A DNA stretch of 63,722 nucleotides, the filler included, from Octopus bimaculoides (lineage: Eukaryota), in the NCBI RefSeq assembly GCF_001194135.2. It is 5 parts of 5 records of this genome, joined end to end, with 100 filler letters (N's around TTAATTAATTAA, not from the genome) between each part and the next. Parts side by side here need not be neighbours in the genome. Positions count along the whole stretch, not along the records: positions 51,481 to 63,722 come from NC_068985.1; 4 more parts are not named here. The stretch is one strand, 5' to 3'. Within the stretch, counting starts at the first letter, position 1. Each line of letters opens with the position of its first letter. The notes below the pieces were generated by a model that saw only the letters and a program-made list of their open reading frames with translations, was not told the DNA's origin and searched no databases. Of this stretch, positions 51,481 through 63,722 are shown in pieces. A program made the position numbers and the translations under genes.

Positions 51481-52026
51481 AAATGCATATATACATTCTT
51501 TGATGATAAAATATATTTAAAGTATAAAGCTTTGTATGAACTTTGTATTGTTACATACTGATTATCACACATTCTCTGATATTAAAATGAAAATGTTAAA
51601 AACAATGTATGAAAATACACATATGGAAAAATACATATACATATTCTTATACATATTCTTTGACAATACATATACATATTCTTATACATATTCTTTGACA
51701 ATAAAGTTGAAGAGGAACTGACCTGGCTTTTTCCTCAATATACACAAGAGGAAAAAGCCAGGTCAGTTCCTCTTCAACTTTATTGTCAAAGAACATGTAT
51801 AAGAATATGTATATGTATTGTCAAAGAATATGTATATGTATTGTCAAAGAATATGTATAAGAATATGTATATGTATTTTTCCATATATGTATTTTCATAC
51901 ACTGTTTTTAACATTTTCATTTTAATATCAGAGAATGTGTGATAATCAGTATGTAACAATACAAAGTTCATACAAAGCTTTATACTTTAAATATATTTTA
52001 TCATCAAAGAATGTATATATGCATTT
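51481..52026. repeat. long near-perfect inverted repeat (fold-back), ~256/279-bp arms with an 11-nt loop
   Basis: Arms 51481-51736 and 51748-52026 differ by about 3 substitutions and an extra ~21-bp internal repeat copy. Confidence 0.9.
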
Positions 52027-55000
52027 TAATTCTCAAACTGTTTTTTAACATTTTTTATTATTCTCAAAGACTTTTGATAATCTTTTTCTAAAAAAGTGAA
52101 ACCGGTTAAGTAAATAAATATTTTTAAAAAAATAAGTGCATTTTCAANNNNNNNNNNNNNNNNNNNNNNNNNNNNNNNNNNNNNNNNNNNNNNNNNNNNN
52201 NNNNNNNNNNNNNNNNNNNNNNNNNNNNNNNNNNNNNNNNNNNNNNNNNNNNNNNNNNNNNNNNNNNNNNNNNNNNNNNNNNNNNNNNNNNNNNNNNNNN
52301 NNNNNNNNNNNNNNNNNNNNNNNNNNNNNNNNNNNNNNNNNNNNNNNNNNNNNNNNNNNNNNNNNNNNNNNNNNNNNNNNNNNNNNNNNNNNNNNNNNNN
52401 NNNNNNNNNNNNNNNNNNNNNNNNNNNNNNNNNNNNNNNNNNNNNNNNNNNNNNNNNNNNNNNNNNNNNNNNNNNNNNNNNNNNNNNNNNNNNNNNNNNN
52501 NNNNNNNNNNNNNNNNNNNNNNNNNNNNNNNNNNNNNNNNNNNNNNNNNNNNNNNNNNNNNNNNNNNNNNNNNNNNNNNNNNNNNNNNNNNNNNNNNNNN
52601 NNNNNNNNNNNNNNNNNNNNNNNNNNNNNNNNNNNNNNNNNNNNNNNNNNNNNNNNNNNNNNNNNNNNNNNNNNNNNNNNNNNNNNNNNNNNNNNNNNNN
52701 NNNNNNNNNNNNNNNNNNNNNNNNNNNNNNNNNNNNNNNNNNNNNNNNNNNNNNNNNNNNNNNNNNNNNNNNNNNNNNNNNNNNNNNNNNNNNNNNNNNN
52801 NNNNNNNNNNNNNNNNNNNNNNNNNNNNNNNNNNNNNNNNNNNNNNNNNNNNNNNNNNNNNNNNNNNNNNNNNNNNNNNNNNNNNNNNNNNNNNNNNNNN
52901 NNNNNATATATATATATATATATATATATACATACATATATATATGTATATATATATATATATATGGTTTTATTAGAAGAAAGGTAGCACTTTTAACGTT
53001 TTTCATTACTTCTGAAACTGGTGAAAGAAAGGAAGTAATCAGTCAGTCAGACAATCATTCAATTAACAAATCAATTTATTTTCAGATTCATTCATTCATT
53101 CAAATAATGGTTTCATATTTTGGCACAAGGTCAACAATTTTGGGAGAGGGGGTAAATCAATTACATTAACCCCACTGCGCAACTGGTACAACTTATTTTA
53201 TTGACCCCTCCAAAAGGATGAAAAGTGGAATTTGAACTCAGAATGTTATCATTTGTTCAAATATTTGTAACAAATTTAACTCCACTAAAAGTACACATTA
53301 ACGATCCTGATGATGTCATTAAAACAGGTGACACTTTAAGTCTACCACTCATTGTGTGTACAACAATGTAATATATAGACAAGTATTGTATTCTGATGCT
53401 TACGCTTCTGTTTGAAAAAATGTGTCTAATCTCCCTTCTCTTTCCAATCATTCAATTATGCGTATAGAAATAAACACATTATAAAGTAGTGAGTGAGAGA
53501 AAGATCATAAACATTTTCGGATTTATGGCCTTGACAGGGCAAAAATGAACCAAAGATTTAGTCATTTGCTGTAATTCCTTTCACAATTATATTCAAGCGA
53601 TCGTCTATCATTTAAATCTATATCCCTGTTCTCTTCTTACTCACCAATGTATCTAACAATCAGATCTGCGACTCTGAGGAAACCCTTTCTTTTGAGAATA
53701 GGGCCAATACAAGAACTAATAAAACAGCCTCTAAGTGGTTACTAAAACTGCTAGAAATAGCAACCAAATATCTTGTAATCCTTCAACTGTGAAATTAAAT
53801 TTCTTCGTTATTCAAGTAGTGATGTTAAATATCTATCAAAATACAAAGTCAATATTTTCTTCATGTCATGTTGCCTCAATAAACTTAACATTTCTCACCA
53901 AAACATGTTCAAAATGATATTCCTTTTACAAAAGACAGATTTTTATGTAAAGCTGTATTCTGCAGTTAAGGGTAATGAAATTTAGAGTGGTTGTATCTGA
54001 TTTCAGCAGTAAAAGGGCTAACCCAAACCATGACATTTTAGAAAAAGAAGAACACACTGGAAAATATCAATCTGCATACGCTATGACAAAAAAATGAAAG
54101 GGGGTGGGTTAGACATGGTTAGATTCATCATCCAGTGTAATGCAGCCATCAAAGGTCATTGACGTATTTCATTTGCAAGATTTTTCGTTAATAGTTTGTG
54201 AGATGCTTTTCTGCATCAGATGCAACTCATCTCCAATTTCAGGAGATTAGAACCATCTGAAATGCCTGGCCCAAAGACACAACCTTCCACCCAAACTGGG
54301 AATTGATCCTTTAACTTTACAATCATGAAACCAACAGCCTAACCACTAGGTCATGCATCTTTACTATAGCTGGATTATCTTTATTGAAAGGTCTGCTTAA
54401 ACCATGAATGACAAAGGACTTAACAACAGCTATGGTAATGAGTCTAATTGATATCTCTAAAAGAAAAGGAAGAAGCCTCGAAATATTCACATGGACTTCT
54501 TGAAAAGAGATGGCCAAATTATTAGTTAAGAAGAGCTACATATATATTTTTCTAATTTAATATCATTTAATATATTTTAAATTATATTTATGATTAATGA
54601 AATATACAACTCCATAGGTTTATTACTCATTAAAGTATATTGGTAAGTGAAGGCACATAGCCTAGTGGTTTAGTTTAGAGCATCGCATTCATAATTATAA
54701 GATCAGTTTCCATTGCTGGACCAGACGGTGTATTGTGTTCTTGATCAAAGCACTTCATTTCACATGGCTGCAATTTTATCATCTGTAAATGATTTGCTAC
54801 AATAGGTGGGAAGTTAATCCTGCAATGGACTGGCATCTTGTTCAGGAGTCAGTACTGTAATCTTAATCATTTACATGCCATGGGGACCATGTTTATTAGA
54901 CCTAGTCCCCCGCCAAAGTATATTGTTTAACCGTTGATAGATTGTATTGAGTCTTCGTTTTTGCAGTTAATGTTTTAAACTCTGCTTTGTAGGATATTTA

Positions 55001-56302
55001 AGCTGTTTTAGGAAGAATAGTACTGAAATCCCATATCTTGATAGTTTCACATTGTAGCTTTGAGAATTTGAAGTGGCTCATAAGCCTTAGTTTAGCAATT
55101 GCTATACAAGAAATAGCAGCTAAATCTCTTTTAAAATCACGCTGTGTCATTAAAAAAAAAAAGATAGGCATACACATTGTGAATAAAGTAGTTCTCAGTA
55201 TCTTATGTGCGTTAAGAGCAAAAAAAAATAGTATGTATGGTCATTGTTAGAACACCTTTTGATCATAAGTTTGTTCAATGAAGGATAACCCATGATTAAA
55301 CAACAACAACAACAATTGCAAGAACATGATCAACACACAGAAAATATCCAGATGATTACAGACACAGACTGTTAGTCTTGTTCATAATGTTGTTATTCTT
55401 TCAAGATAAAACAAAGCAAATGAAATTAACCCATTTACAGACAAATTTATTTTCATGATGACACTTTCCTTGTTTTGATTTTGCAATAAAATTGCACATT
55501 TATTATCTTTTATATAATTTTTGTTTTTTTGTTTTTCATAAACTGATATCTCTCCATAATCATCATCATCATCATCTAAGCAATATCATCTCTTTGCTAT
55601 CATCATGAATATCATCATCATCATTATCATCATCATCATCATCATCTTCTAAGCAATGCTTCTTTGCTATCACCATGAATATCTTTATCATCATTTTCAT
55701 TGTCTAATGGATATCTCATGACCATCACCACTACCACCAACACTACCACCACCCTGTACATCATCATCTTTATCATCATCACCATCATAAGCAGTAGTGT
55801 CTCTCATGACTATTATCATCATTATTATTATGATAATAGTTATAATAATAAGAATTTCTAACAAGAAAACAAGGTTTGACATTATGATAGGAAGTGAGAG
55901 GATATAATTCATTTAATCCAATCTCATCTCCCCAAGTATTTGACTGGTACTTATTTTATTGACTTCAGAAGGCTTAAAATGCAAAATTGATTATGATTGG
56001 ATATGAACACGAAATATACAGGGAAGCAATATAATTCATAAGGCTCTTAGTCCGTTGCTCTACCAGTTCTCCCCATAAAGTTGCAATATTAATTGTAGAA
56101 AAGCATTAGCATGCCAAGCAAAATGGTTAGTGACATTTTGTCCATCTTCACATTCTAAGTTCAAATTCTACCAGGGTTGATTTTGCCTTTCGTCCTTTCA
56201 GAGTTGATAATATAAGTACCAATTGAGTACTAGGGTTGATGCAATTTATTTACTCCTCCCCACAAATTACCAGCCTTCTGCCAAAATTTGAAATCAGTAT
56301 AT

Positions 56303-56672
56303 ACAAGAGCACTCAGAGAGCACAAACCTCTACCAAGGTAACACCAACATCCTCTCAAAAATTAGTCGGAGGTGGTTTTTTAAAATGAGATTATCAGATA
56401 TAAACTCAACTGTTCTCACAAACGAGAAAACTGAAAATGAACCCGACTGCTCTCAAAAATTAAGTAAAAAACCAGCTAAATAATCGAGAATCCTTGTCTG
56501 GTACCAGATCGGTCCCAAAATCTAATCAGTTTGTGCCAGTCATGAGACCAAATATCCCTGAAAGTTTCATCTGAATCCATCCAGCGGTTCTTGAGATATC
56601 TTGTCCACGGACAAACAAACAAACAAACACAACTGAAAACAATGCCTATACTTTCGCTAAGGCAGAGGTAAT
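56303..56672 (-). mobile_element. Helentron-associated HINE (DINE-1-like), without cargo
   Basis: 5' ttacctctgcctt..., (GTTT)n microsatellite, subterminal inverted repeat cttggtagaggt, 3' gctctctgagtgctctt; no TSD. Confidence 0.75.
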
Positions 56673-57199
56673 AATAGTAATAAGGCAGTGAGCTGACAGA
56701 ATCCTTACCCTGCTAGACAAAATGCTTAGCAGCATTTCATCCATCTTTACATTCTGAGTTCAAATGCTGCCAAGAGTGACTTTACCTTTCATCTTTCAGA
56801 GGTCAATAGAACAGGGACTGATGAAATCAGCTTACCCACTCCCCAAAATTGCTGGCCTTGTGCCAAAATTTGATACTAATGTTAATAGTTGTAATAGAAG
56901 TAGTAATGTTTTCTGAATTAGGCACAGGATCAGTAATCTTAAAGGCAGGGGTTACTCAGTACCATCAATCTCAGTACTTATTTTATCAACCCCAGGGGGA
57001 CGAAAGCCAAAGTGTTGGAATGAATACCACAAGGCATTTTGTTTAATCCTCTAACGATTCAGCCAATCAATGCCTTTAAAACTGTGCTTACAGCTTACAG
57101 CACTTAGGTTTCTGAAATGGTCACTAGTACTAACTAGACTCAACATTTCTTGACTCCAGTGATCAGACCAGAACCGGTGTTTCCTTTATAATATTCTTT

Positions 57200-57427
57200 T
57201 GCTCTTTTTACTTGCTTCTGTCATTTGACTGCGGCCATGCTGGAGCACCACCTGCAAGTGTTTTTTGTCAAACAGTTCGATCCCAGAACTTATTTTTAAA
57301 CCTAGTACTTATTCTATCAGTCACTTTGTCAAACCGTTAACTTACAGGGACATAAACACACCAACACTGGTTGTCAAGCAAATATGGGAGGGGAGACAAA
57401 TGCCGATACAAAGACACACACACATAG

Positions 57428-57464
<37 letters not shown>

Positions 57465-57608
57465 TCTTTCAGTTTCCATCTACCAAATCCACTCACAAGG
57501 CTTTGATCGTCCTGAGGTTATAGTAGAGGACATTTGCCCAAGGTGTCATGCAGTGGGACTGAACCCAGAACCATGTGGTTGGGAAGCAAGCTTACCACAC
57601 AGCCACAT
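57200..57608 (-). mobile_element. full-length SINE with internal (TG)n
   Basis: Tail and head both present; homologous to 12678-13072. Confidence 0.85.
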
Positions 57609-57850
57609 CTGTACCTATTATGACCACAAACCCCTATTTTTTTTTTTTATAAGATAGGTGCAACACTAGTTCTTGAATGATACATGATTTTAGTAACTCT
57701 GGAAGAATAGAAATTTACAGATGACCTTAGCTGGATTTGAACACAGAATGTAAAGACCTGGAACAAAGCATTTTGTCTGACACGTTATTGATTCTGCTAA
57801 TCCACAGTAGTAGTAGTAGTTGAAGTAGTAGCAGTGGTGGTAGTGGTAAT

Positions 57851-57975
57851 GATTTCTTGTATTGGCCACAAGGACCCAAGATCTTGAAGACAATACAAAA
57901 ATGAGATACAAGAATACAAAGATAGGATTCAGTTCTCTAACAGGGACACCAGGCCGCAAATGTTTCGAGGGGAGG
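57851..57975 (-). mobile_element. probable Tx1-like LINE 3' end
   Basis: Minus strand ccttgtggccaatacaagaaatc followed by an (ATT/ACT/ACC) tract. Confidence 0.45.
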
Positions 57976-57989
57976 GGTATAATCAATTT

Positions 57990-58500
57990 ATTCTCACTCT
58001 CCTAATTTCAACCTCTCTCCCGCCTTTTTCATTCCTCTCTGTCACTTTTCCTGTCTGCCTCCTTCTTTCTCCTTTCATTCCTCTCTCACTCTTCTGTTTC
58101 TTTTCTCTCTCTTTCTCTCTCTCTTTCTCCTTCATTTGCTCCTCTCTATTCTAATCTTGCTAACACTTCTTTATCCCTTCTCTCTCACCTGTTTTAATCT
58201 CACATGCTCCCTCCTATGTTTCAATCAATCTTTCATCCACATAAAAAACATTCTCCTTTTCTATTCTTTCTTTTCAATTCTAACTCACACTCAATCTATC
58301 TATCTATCTTTTCAAACTACCCCTCTCCACTTTTCTCTTCCATTTTAATATCTCATACACACACGCAACCTCTCTCTCTTTCTCTCTCTCTCTCACGCAT
58401 ATTCAATCTCTTTTTTACATCTCATATACATACAGACTATTTCTCTCTCTTTCTCATTTTCTCCCTCTTTCCTTCTCTCTCTTTTTTCTCCCCTATTCTG
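57990..58500. repeat. ~500-bp CT-rich polypyrimidine tract
   Basis: Almost purine-free plus strand. Confidence 0.85.
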
Positions 58501-58770
58501 ATTCAATCTAGTTTGAACCAGTTCATTCATTTAACTGTAGTTCTCTGAAGTCATTCTCAACTACCCTAGGAGACCTCAATAGGGTTAGAAGGTTGTCGTG
58601 TCTCATGGGTGGAATATGCAAAATTCAAAATTATAAATAACACGAAAAAAATTAAATATATATATATAAACAAAAGCACAGCAACAAAAAAAAAGTTTAA
58701 ATGGTAAAAAATAGAAAGGAATGATGAAATTAATTTGTTTATTTATTATTTCACTCATTCATTCATTTAT

Positions 58771-58819
<49 letters not shown>

Positions 58820-58940
58820 CATTATTATTATTATTATTATTATTGCTCTTGTTGGTATTCATGTATGAGTCTATGTTAAAATTTCAGAAAATATTTCTGA
58901 AAAGAATATCTTTGATATAATGACTTTTTTGTACACACAT

Positions 58941-58978
<38 letters not shown>

Positions 58979-59902
58979 TTATGTGTATGTGTGTGTATAT
59001 TCATACACTCGTATCTGTATATACATTTGTATATATATATGTGTATATATAGTGTACACACTCAAGTGCACATACATTTATGTGTGTGTGTGTGTATTTA
59101 TGTATATGTATGCATGTATATACACACACATATAGACAAATACACATACATACACATATATATATATCCACATACATACACATACTTTACTGAAATATCA
59201 CTTTTTTTTCAATTTTATTTATATAATTTTAATTTAAAAATATGATCTGTCTTTTAATGTAGGATATTCTCATATACTCTTTTTTTTTTATTCGTGTAAT
59301 TTTTTTTTCCTGTCGTTTTCAAGCTTAGATTTAACAAAGAAACTATCACTTTTAACTTTATATGACTATGATGCTTAGTTAAATTTTTGAATTAAAATAA
59401 AAACATAAATATAAAAATAGTAATAATAATAATAATAGTAATAATAAATCGTTTTTTTCTTTTATTATTCATCTTCTTTACCTCTCATTTTCATTTTTTT
59501 CCCCCATGAAGAAATAGCATCTTTCTTGTCTCTTTGTTCATTTGTTTTGTTATTAGGGTATATTTTTGATTATTTTTTTCTTTTGTAAAGTACAAAAATG
59601 GAAAGAAAACAACAAAACAATAGTTATAAACACTACAATCACCACCATTAGCAACAACAACATTGACCAAAACAAAAATAACAAGGTACTGTGCGTGTAT
59701 ATATACATATACATGCACACATACATATACATATATATTCTGTAAAATCAATCTATGTAAAATCACCCTCTAAAATAATATATATATATCCATACACACA
59801 CACACATTGATATATCCATACACACACATATATATATACATAATATATTTATATATACAACACATATATATGTATATATATATATATATATATATACATC
59901 TA

Positions 59903-60005
<103 letters not shown>

Positions 60006-60238
60006 ATATATCCATACACACACATATATATGCACACACAGATATATCTATATACATATGATATAATATATATGTATGTATATACAATACATATACATAT
60101 ATATGCATACAATATATATGTACATATATATATATACAATATTATATATATGTACATATCTATGTGTATATATATTTATTTATGCATATATATGTGTGTG
60201 TATATATAAATATATACACACACAATGTATATATATGT

Positions 60239-60293
<55 letters not shown>

Positions 60294-61429
60294 GATTTTA
60301 CAGAAAATAATTTTTCAGTGAAGTTTTAGTGTTACACAATTAGGACAGGACTTTTCGTGTTCAAAGTAACTTAATTTGTTTTCTGATATTTCCAGTCATT
60401 TGATTGTGTATGTGTTTGTGTGTATGTGTGTGTATATGTGTGTGAGAGAGAGTGTGCATGCGTGTGAGTGCGATGTTTATCATTGTTACGGTTGGTAGAC
60501 GAAATAGTCATGCTTATATATTCTTTCTAACAGAATTGTTGAAGGTTGTTCATACTTTTTTTATATATATATAGATATAATTTAAATTTTATTTTTTCTT
60601 AAAAAAGATAACTGAAACAAATATGAAATCAACATTCTGATTTTTAATTCAAAACAACAATAACAATTATAGCCATAATAGACAAGGTAATAAAAAAAAA
60701 TAGCAGTGTTGATATTTTGGTCTTACTGTTTGAAAGAACGACTGCAGCAGCGCCAGCAGCAACAGCAGCAGCTGGCATCTACTGCTGCAGCAGTAAAATG
60801 AAAATATTTATAAACAAACAAAGAAATAAACAGAAGAGTTCTTCTACTTCAACTACAATTACAATCAACACCTCCACCTGCACCAGCTCTCAGTACCAAT
60901 ATTTGTTCCTCACTCTTTAATACCAATATTACCTTCATCTCTTGTGCCCAATATTTCACTGCTTCTTAATACCAACATCACTTTCAGCTTTTAATAGCAT
61001 CTCACCTTGCTCCCTTTTATACTAATATTACCTTAATCTCTTTGTACCTAAGTTGCATACACCTGTAAACATCAACCTTCAACTTCAGTCCTTAAAAAGA
61101 AATTCACATCCACCTGTTTCGAATTAAGACTAGCAAGTTCAGGGGAAGGAGCTAAGTCAATTATATCGATCCCAGTGCTCAACTGGTACTTGTTTTATTG
61201 GCCCTGAAATGATGAAAGGCAAAGTTGACCTCAGTGGAATTTGAACTCAGAACGTAAAGGCAGATGAAATTCCACAAAGCATTTTGCTTGGCATGGTAAC
61301 AATTCCGCCAGCTTGTTGTCTTCTCACCTATTAATATTAAAATCATGTTCACTACTTAACACAAAATTCACATTCACCCCCTTAACACCAACACCACTGC
61401 TACCATTTTAAAACAATAAAAAAGGTTAA

Positions 61430-61745
61430 AAGCCCTCTTTAGTCATGAATAACCATGGGATTGCACCTAGAAAGATACTCTCCAAAACACAAGTTCAGGC
61501 AAGGTTGTTTATAGAAGACTAACAGTTGCCCATGCATACCAGTTTCCCCTCTCCATACCACCAATATTATCCAAGGGAAAGGCAAAGGCCAATACAGCTT
61601 GGCACCAGTAATCACAACTCATTTCTACAGCTGAGTGAACTTGAGAAACATGAAATAAATTGTCTTGCTCAAGAGCACAACACAGAGCCTGGTCTGAGAA
61701 TTGAACTCACTACCCCATGATTGTGAGCCCAATGCTCTAACCACT
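61430..61745 (-). mobile_element. tRNA-derived SINE, family-A core with a different tail
   Basis: gtcttgctcaagagcacaac core and gagaattgaactc B-box-like motif, followed by a distinct 3' region. Confidence 0.6.
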
Positions 61746-62003
61746 TTTATAATACTATCCCTAATAATAATTTTGTAATGTAGGTAGGTACAATGACAAA
61801 AATCTTAAGGAAGAGAGTTATCAGTTTAAATTTATCCCAGTCCCTAACTGGTACTTTGTTTTATCAACTTGGAGGAATGGAAGGCCAAGTCGACTTGTGT
61901 GGGATTTGAAGTCAAAACATGAAGAGCCGTAACTATACACTACAAGTCATTTGATACAATGCTTTAACAATTCTACCAGTGCATGCACTTAACAATAGTA
62001 ATA

Positions 62004-62585
62004 ACAAGAGCAGTCAGAGAGTGCAAGCCTCCACCAAGACAGCACTAACGTCCTCTGAACAATTAGCTGGAGATGATTTTTAAAATGAGATTACCTGAAA
62101 TAAACTCGATTGCTGTCACAAGTGAGAATGCTAAAAGTGAACCTGACCACTCTCAAAAACTAAGTAAAAAAACAGGAAAAATAATCCAGAATCCTTGTCC
62201 AATACTTGATCGATCCCAGTGGTAGTCATGGAATGTGAAGGTGGCTGTAGAAAATTTAGTAACAGTGATAAATAGTTTATCCTTATCAAATACAAGCCAA
62301 AGTTAACAAATTCACCATTCACAATAGTTACAGCCTAAATGGAGATAATTGAAAAAGACTTTAAAATTAATGTTAGATTGTAAAGTAAAGTAAATATAAT
62401 AAATAATCCAGAATACTTGTCTGGTTCCAGATCGAGCCCAAAATCCAATCAGTTCATGGCAGTCATGAGGCTAAACATCCATGAAAGTTTCATCCGAATC
62501 CATCCAGCAGTTCTTGAGCTATCTTGTCCATGGACAAACAAACACAACTGAAACAACACTGCCACCTTCGCTAAGGCAGAGGTAA
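62004..62585 (-). mobile_element. HINE composite with a ~185-bp insert
   Basis: Same duplicated segment and same insert termini as 19807-20846. Confidence 0.75.
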
Positions 62586-62589
62586 TAAT

Positions 62590-63520
62590 AATAATGATTT
62601 AAAATTTTGACACAAGGCCAACAACTTCAGAGTGGGGAGTTAAGTCGATTACATTGGCCCCAGTGCTCAAATGGTATTAATATTATTGACCTTGAAAGGA
62701 TGGACTTTGAACTCAGAATGTAAAGTCAGACAAAATGTCACTTAACATTTTGCTTGGTATTCTAATGATCTTGCCAGCTCACTGCCTTAATAGTAATAAT
62801 AATAATAACCCTTTCTACTAAAGGCCCAAAAGGATGAAAGGCAAAGTCGATTTTGGCAGAAACTTCATAATAATAATAATAATAATAATCCTTTCTACTA
62901 AGGGCACAAGGCCTGAAATTTGGGGTGGGGGGGGGGACTAGTTGATTACATCAAATGGTATTTGATTTATCAACCCTGAAAGGATGAAAGGCAATGTTGA
63001 CCTCGGCAGAATTTTAATAATAATAATAATAATAATAATAAAAATAGTAATAACAATAATCATTTCTTCTATTGAAGGCACAAGGCCTGAAATTTGGAGG
63101 GAGGGTACCAGTTGATTACATTGACTCCAGTGTTTCACTTGTACTTAATTTACCGACCCCAAAAGGGCAAAAGGCAAAGTTGACCTCAGCAGAATTTGAA
63201 CTCAAAACGCGAAGACGGACGAAATGCTGCTAAGTATTTTGCCTGGTGTGTTAATGATTCTGCCAGCTCACCACCTGAAATTAATAATAATAATAATGAT
63301 AATAATAATCCTTTTTAGTATAGGCACAAGGTGTGAAATTTTGTTGGGTAGTTGATTGTATCATTCCCATGGTTCAACTCATATGTATTTCATTGACCCC
63401 AGTAGGATGAAAAGCAAAGCTGATCTTGGTGGAATTTGAACTCAGAACATAAAGGTGGAATAAGTGCTGTTAGGCATTTTAGCTGGAGCTGAAACAATTC
63501 TGCCAGCTCACCACCTTGTA
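62590..63520 (-). mobile_element. head-to-tail array of about 5 (ATT)n-tailed SINE copies
   Basis: Copies at about 62594-62790, 62808-62866, 62886-63015, 63060-63277 and 63307-63517, separated by (TAA)n. Confidence 0.8.
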
Positions 63521-63565
63521 AAATAATAATAATAATGATAATAATAATAATAATAATAATTAATT

Positions 63566-63722
63566 AATTCGTTTTATTGGCCACAAGGGCTAATATCAAT
63601 TAAAAACATATAAGGACAAAGACAGGACGAAGGTTACAAAAGGTTTTGTCCAAAAAGGTAGGAAAGTTCGTCTAAACAGAGGAAGAAAACGGAGAAAGAT
63701 ATAATAAATAAATAGATAAATA
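63566..63722 (-). mobile_element. probable Tx1-like LINE 3' UTR end
   Basis: Minus strand cccttgtggccaataaaacgaatt followed by (ATT)n. Confidence 0.55.

Noticed and set aside
53300-53340. CTGATGA followed by a tgtca/tgaca hairpin
   Set aside because: No GAAA or stem III follows; not a hammerhead
62590-63520. CRISPR-like repeat-spacer array
   Set aside because: Eukaryotic DNA; the units are long divergent SINE copies separated by microsatellites

Overview
Eukaryotic, AT-rich, heavily gapped genomic window. I infer octopus (Octopus bimaculoides-like) from the SINE repertoire and microsatellite load. No host protein-coding gene can be supported; almost all listed ORFs come from N-gaps or (CA)n/(TA)n/trinucleotide repeats. 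The window is a transposable-element graveyard. It contains several tRNA-derived SINE families, Tx1-like and R4/Dong-like LINE 3' ends in microsatellites, a Gypsy LTR with gag, two maT (DD37D) transposon derivatives, hAT, mariner and Merlin MITEs, Helentron-type HINEs (two with captured cargo), a Helitron helicase remnant, a decayed LINE RT and Penelope-like (PLE) GIY-YIG fragments. The most interesting signal is a set of type-I hammerhead ribozyme motifs read directly from the sequence, in at least three unrelated repeat families, each in an inverted-repeat geometry. (i) A ~355-nt circularly permuted retrozyme/pLTR-like unit at 10.1-12.7 kb. (ii) A PLE whose GIY-YIG ORF is followed by a tRNA-like Pol III head, (AAT)n and a hammerhead, at 34.1-34.8 kb. 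(iii) A third family at 30.6-31.0 kb. All alignments were done by eye; no database searches were run.
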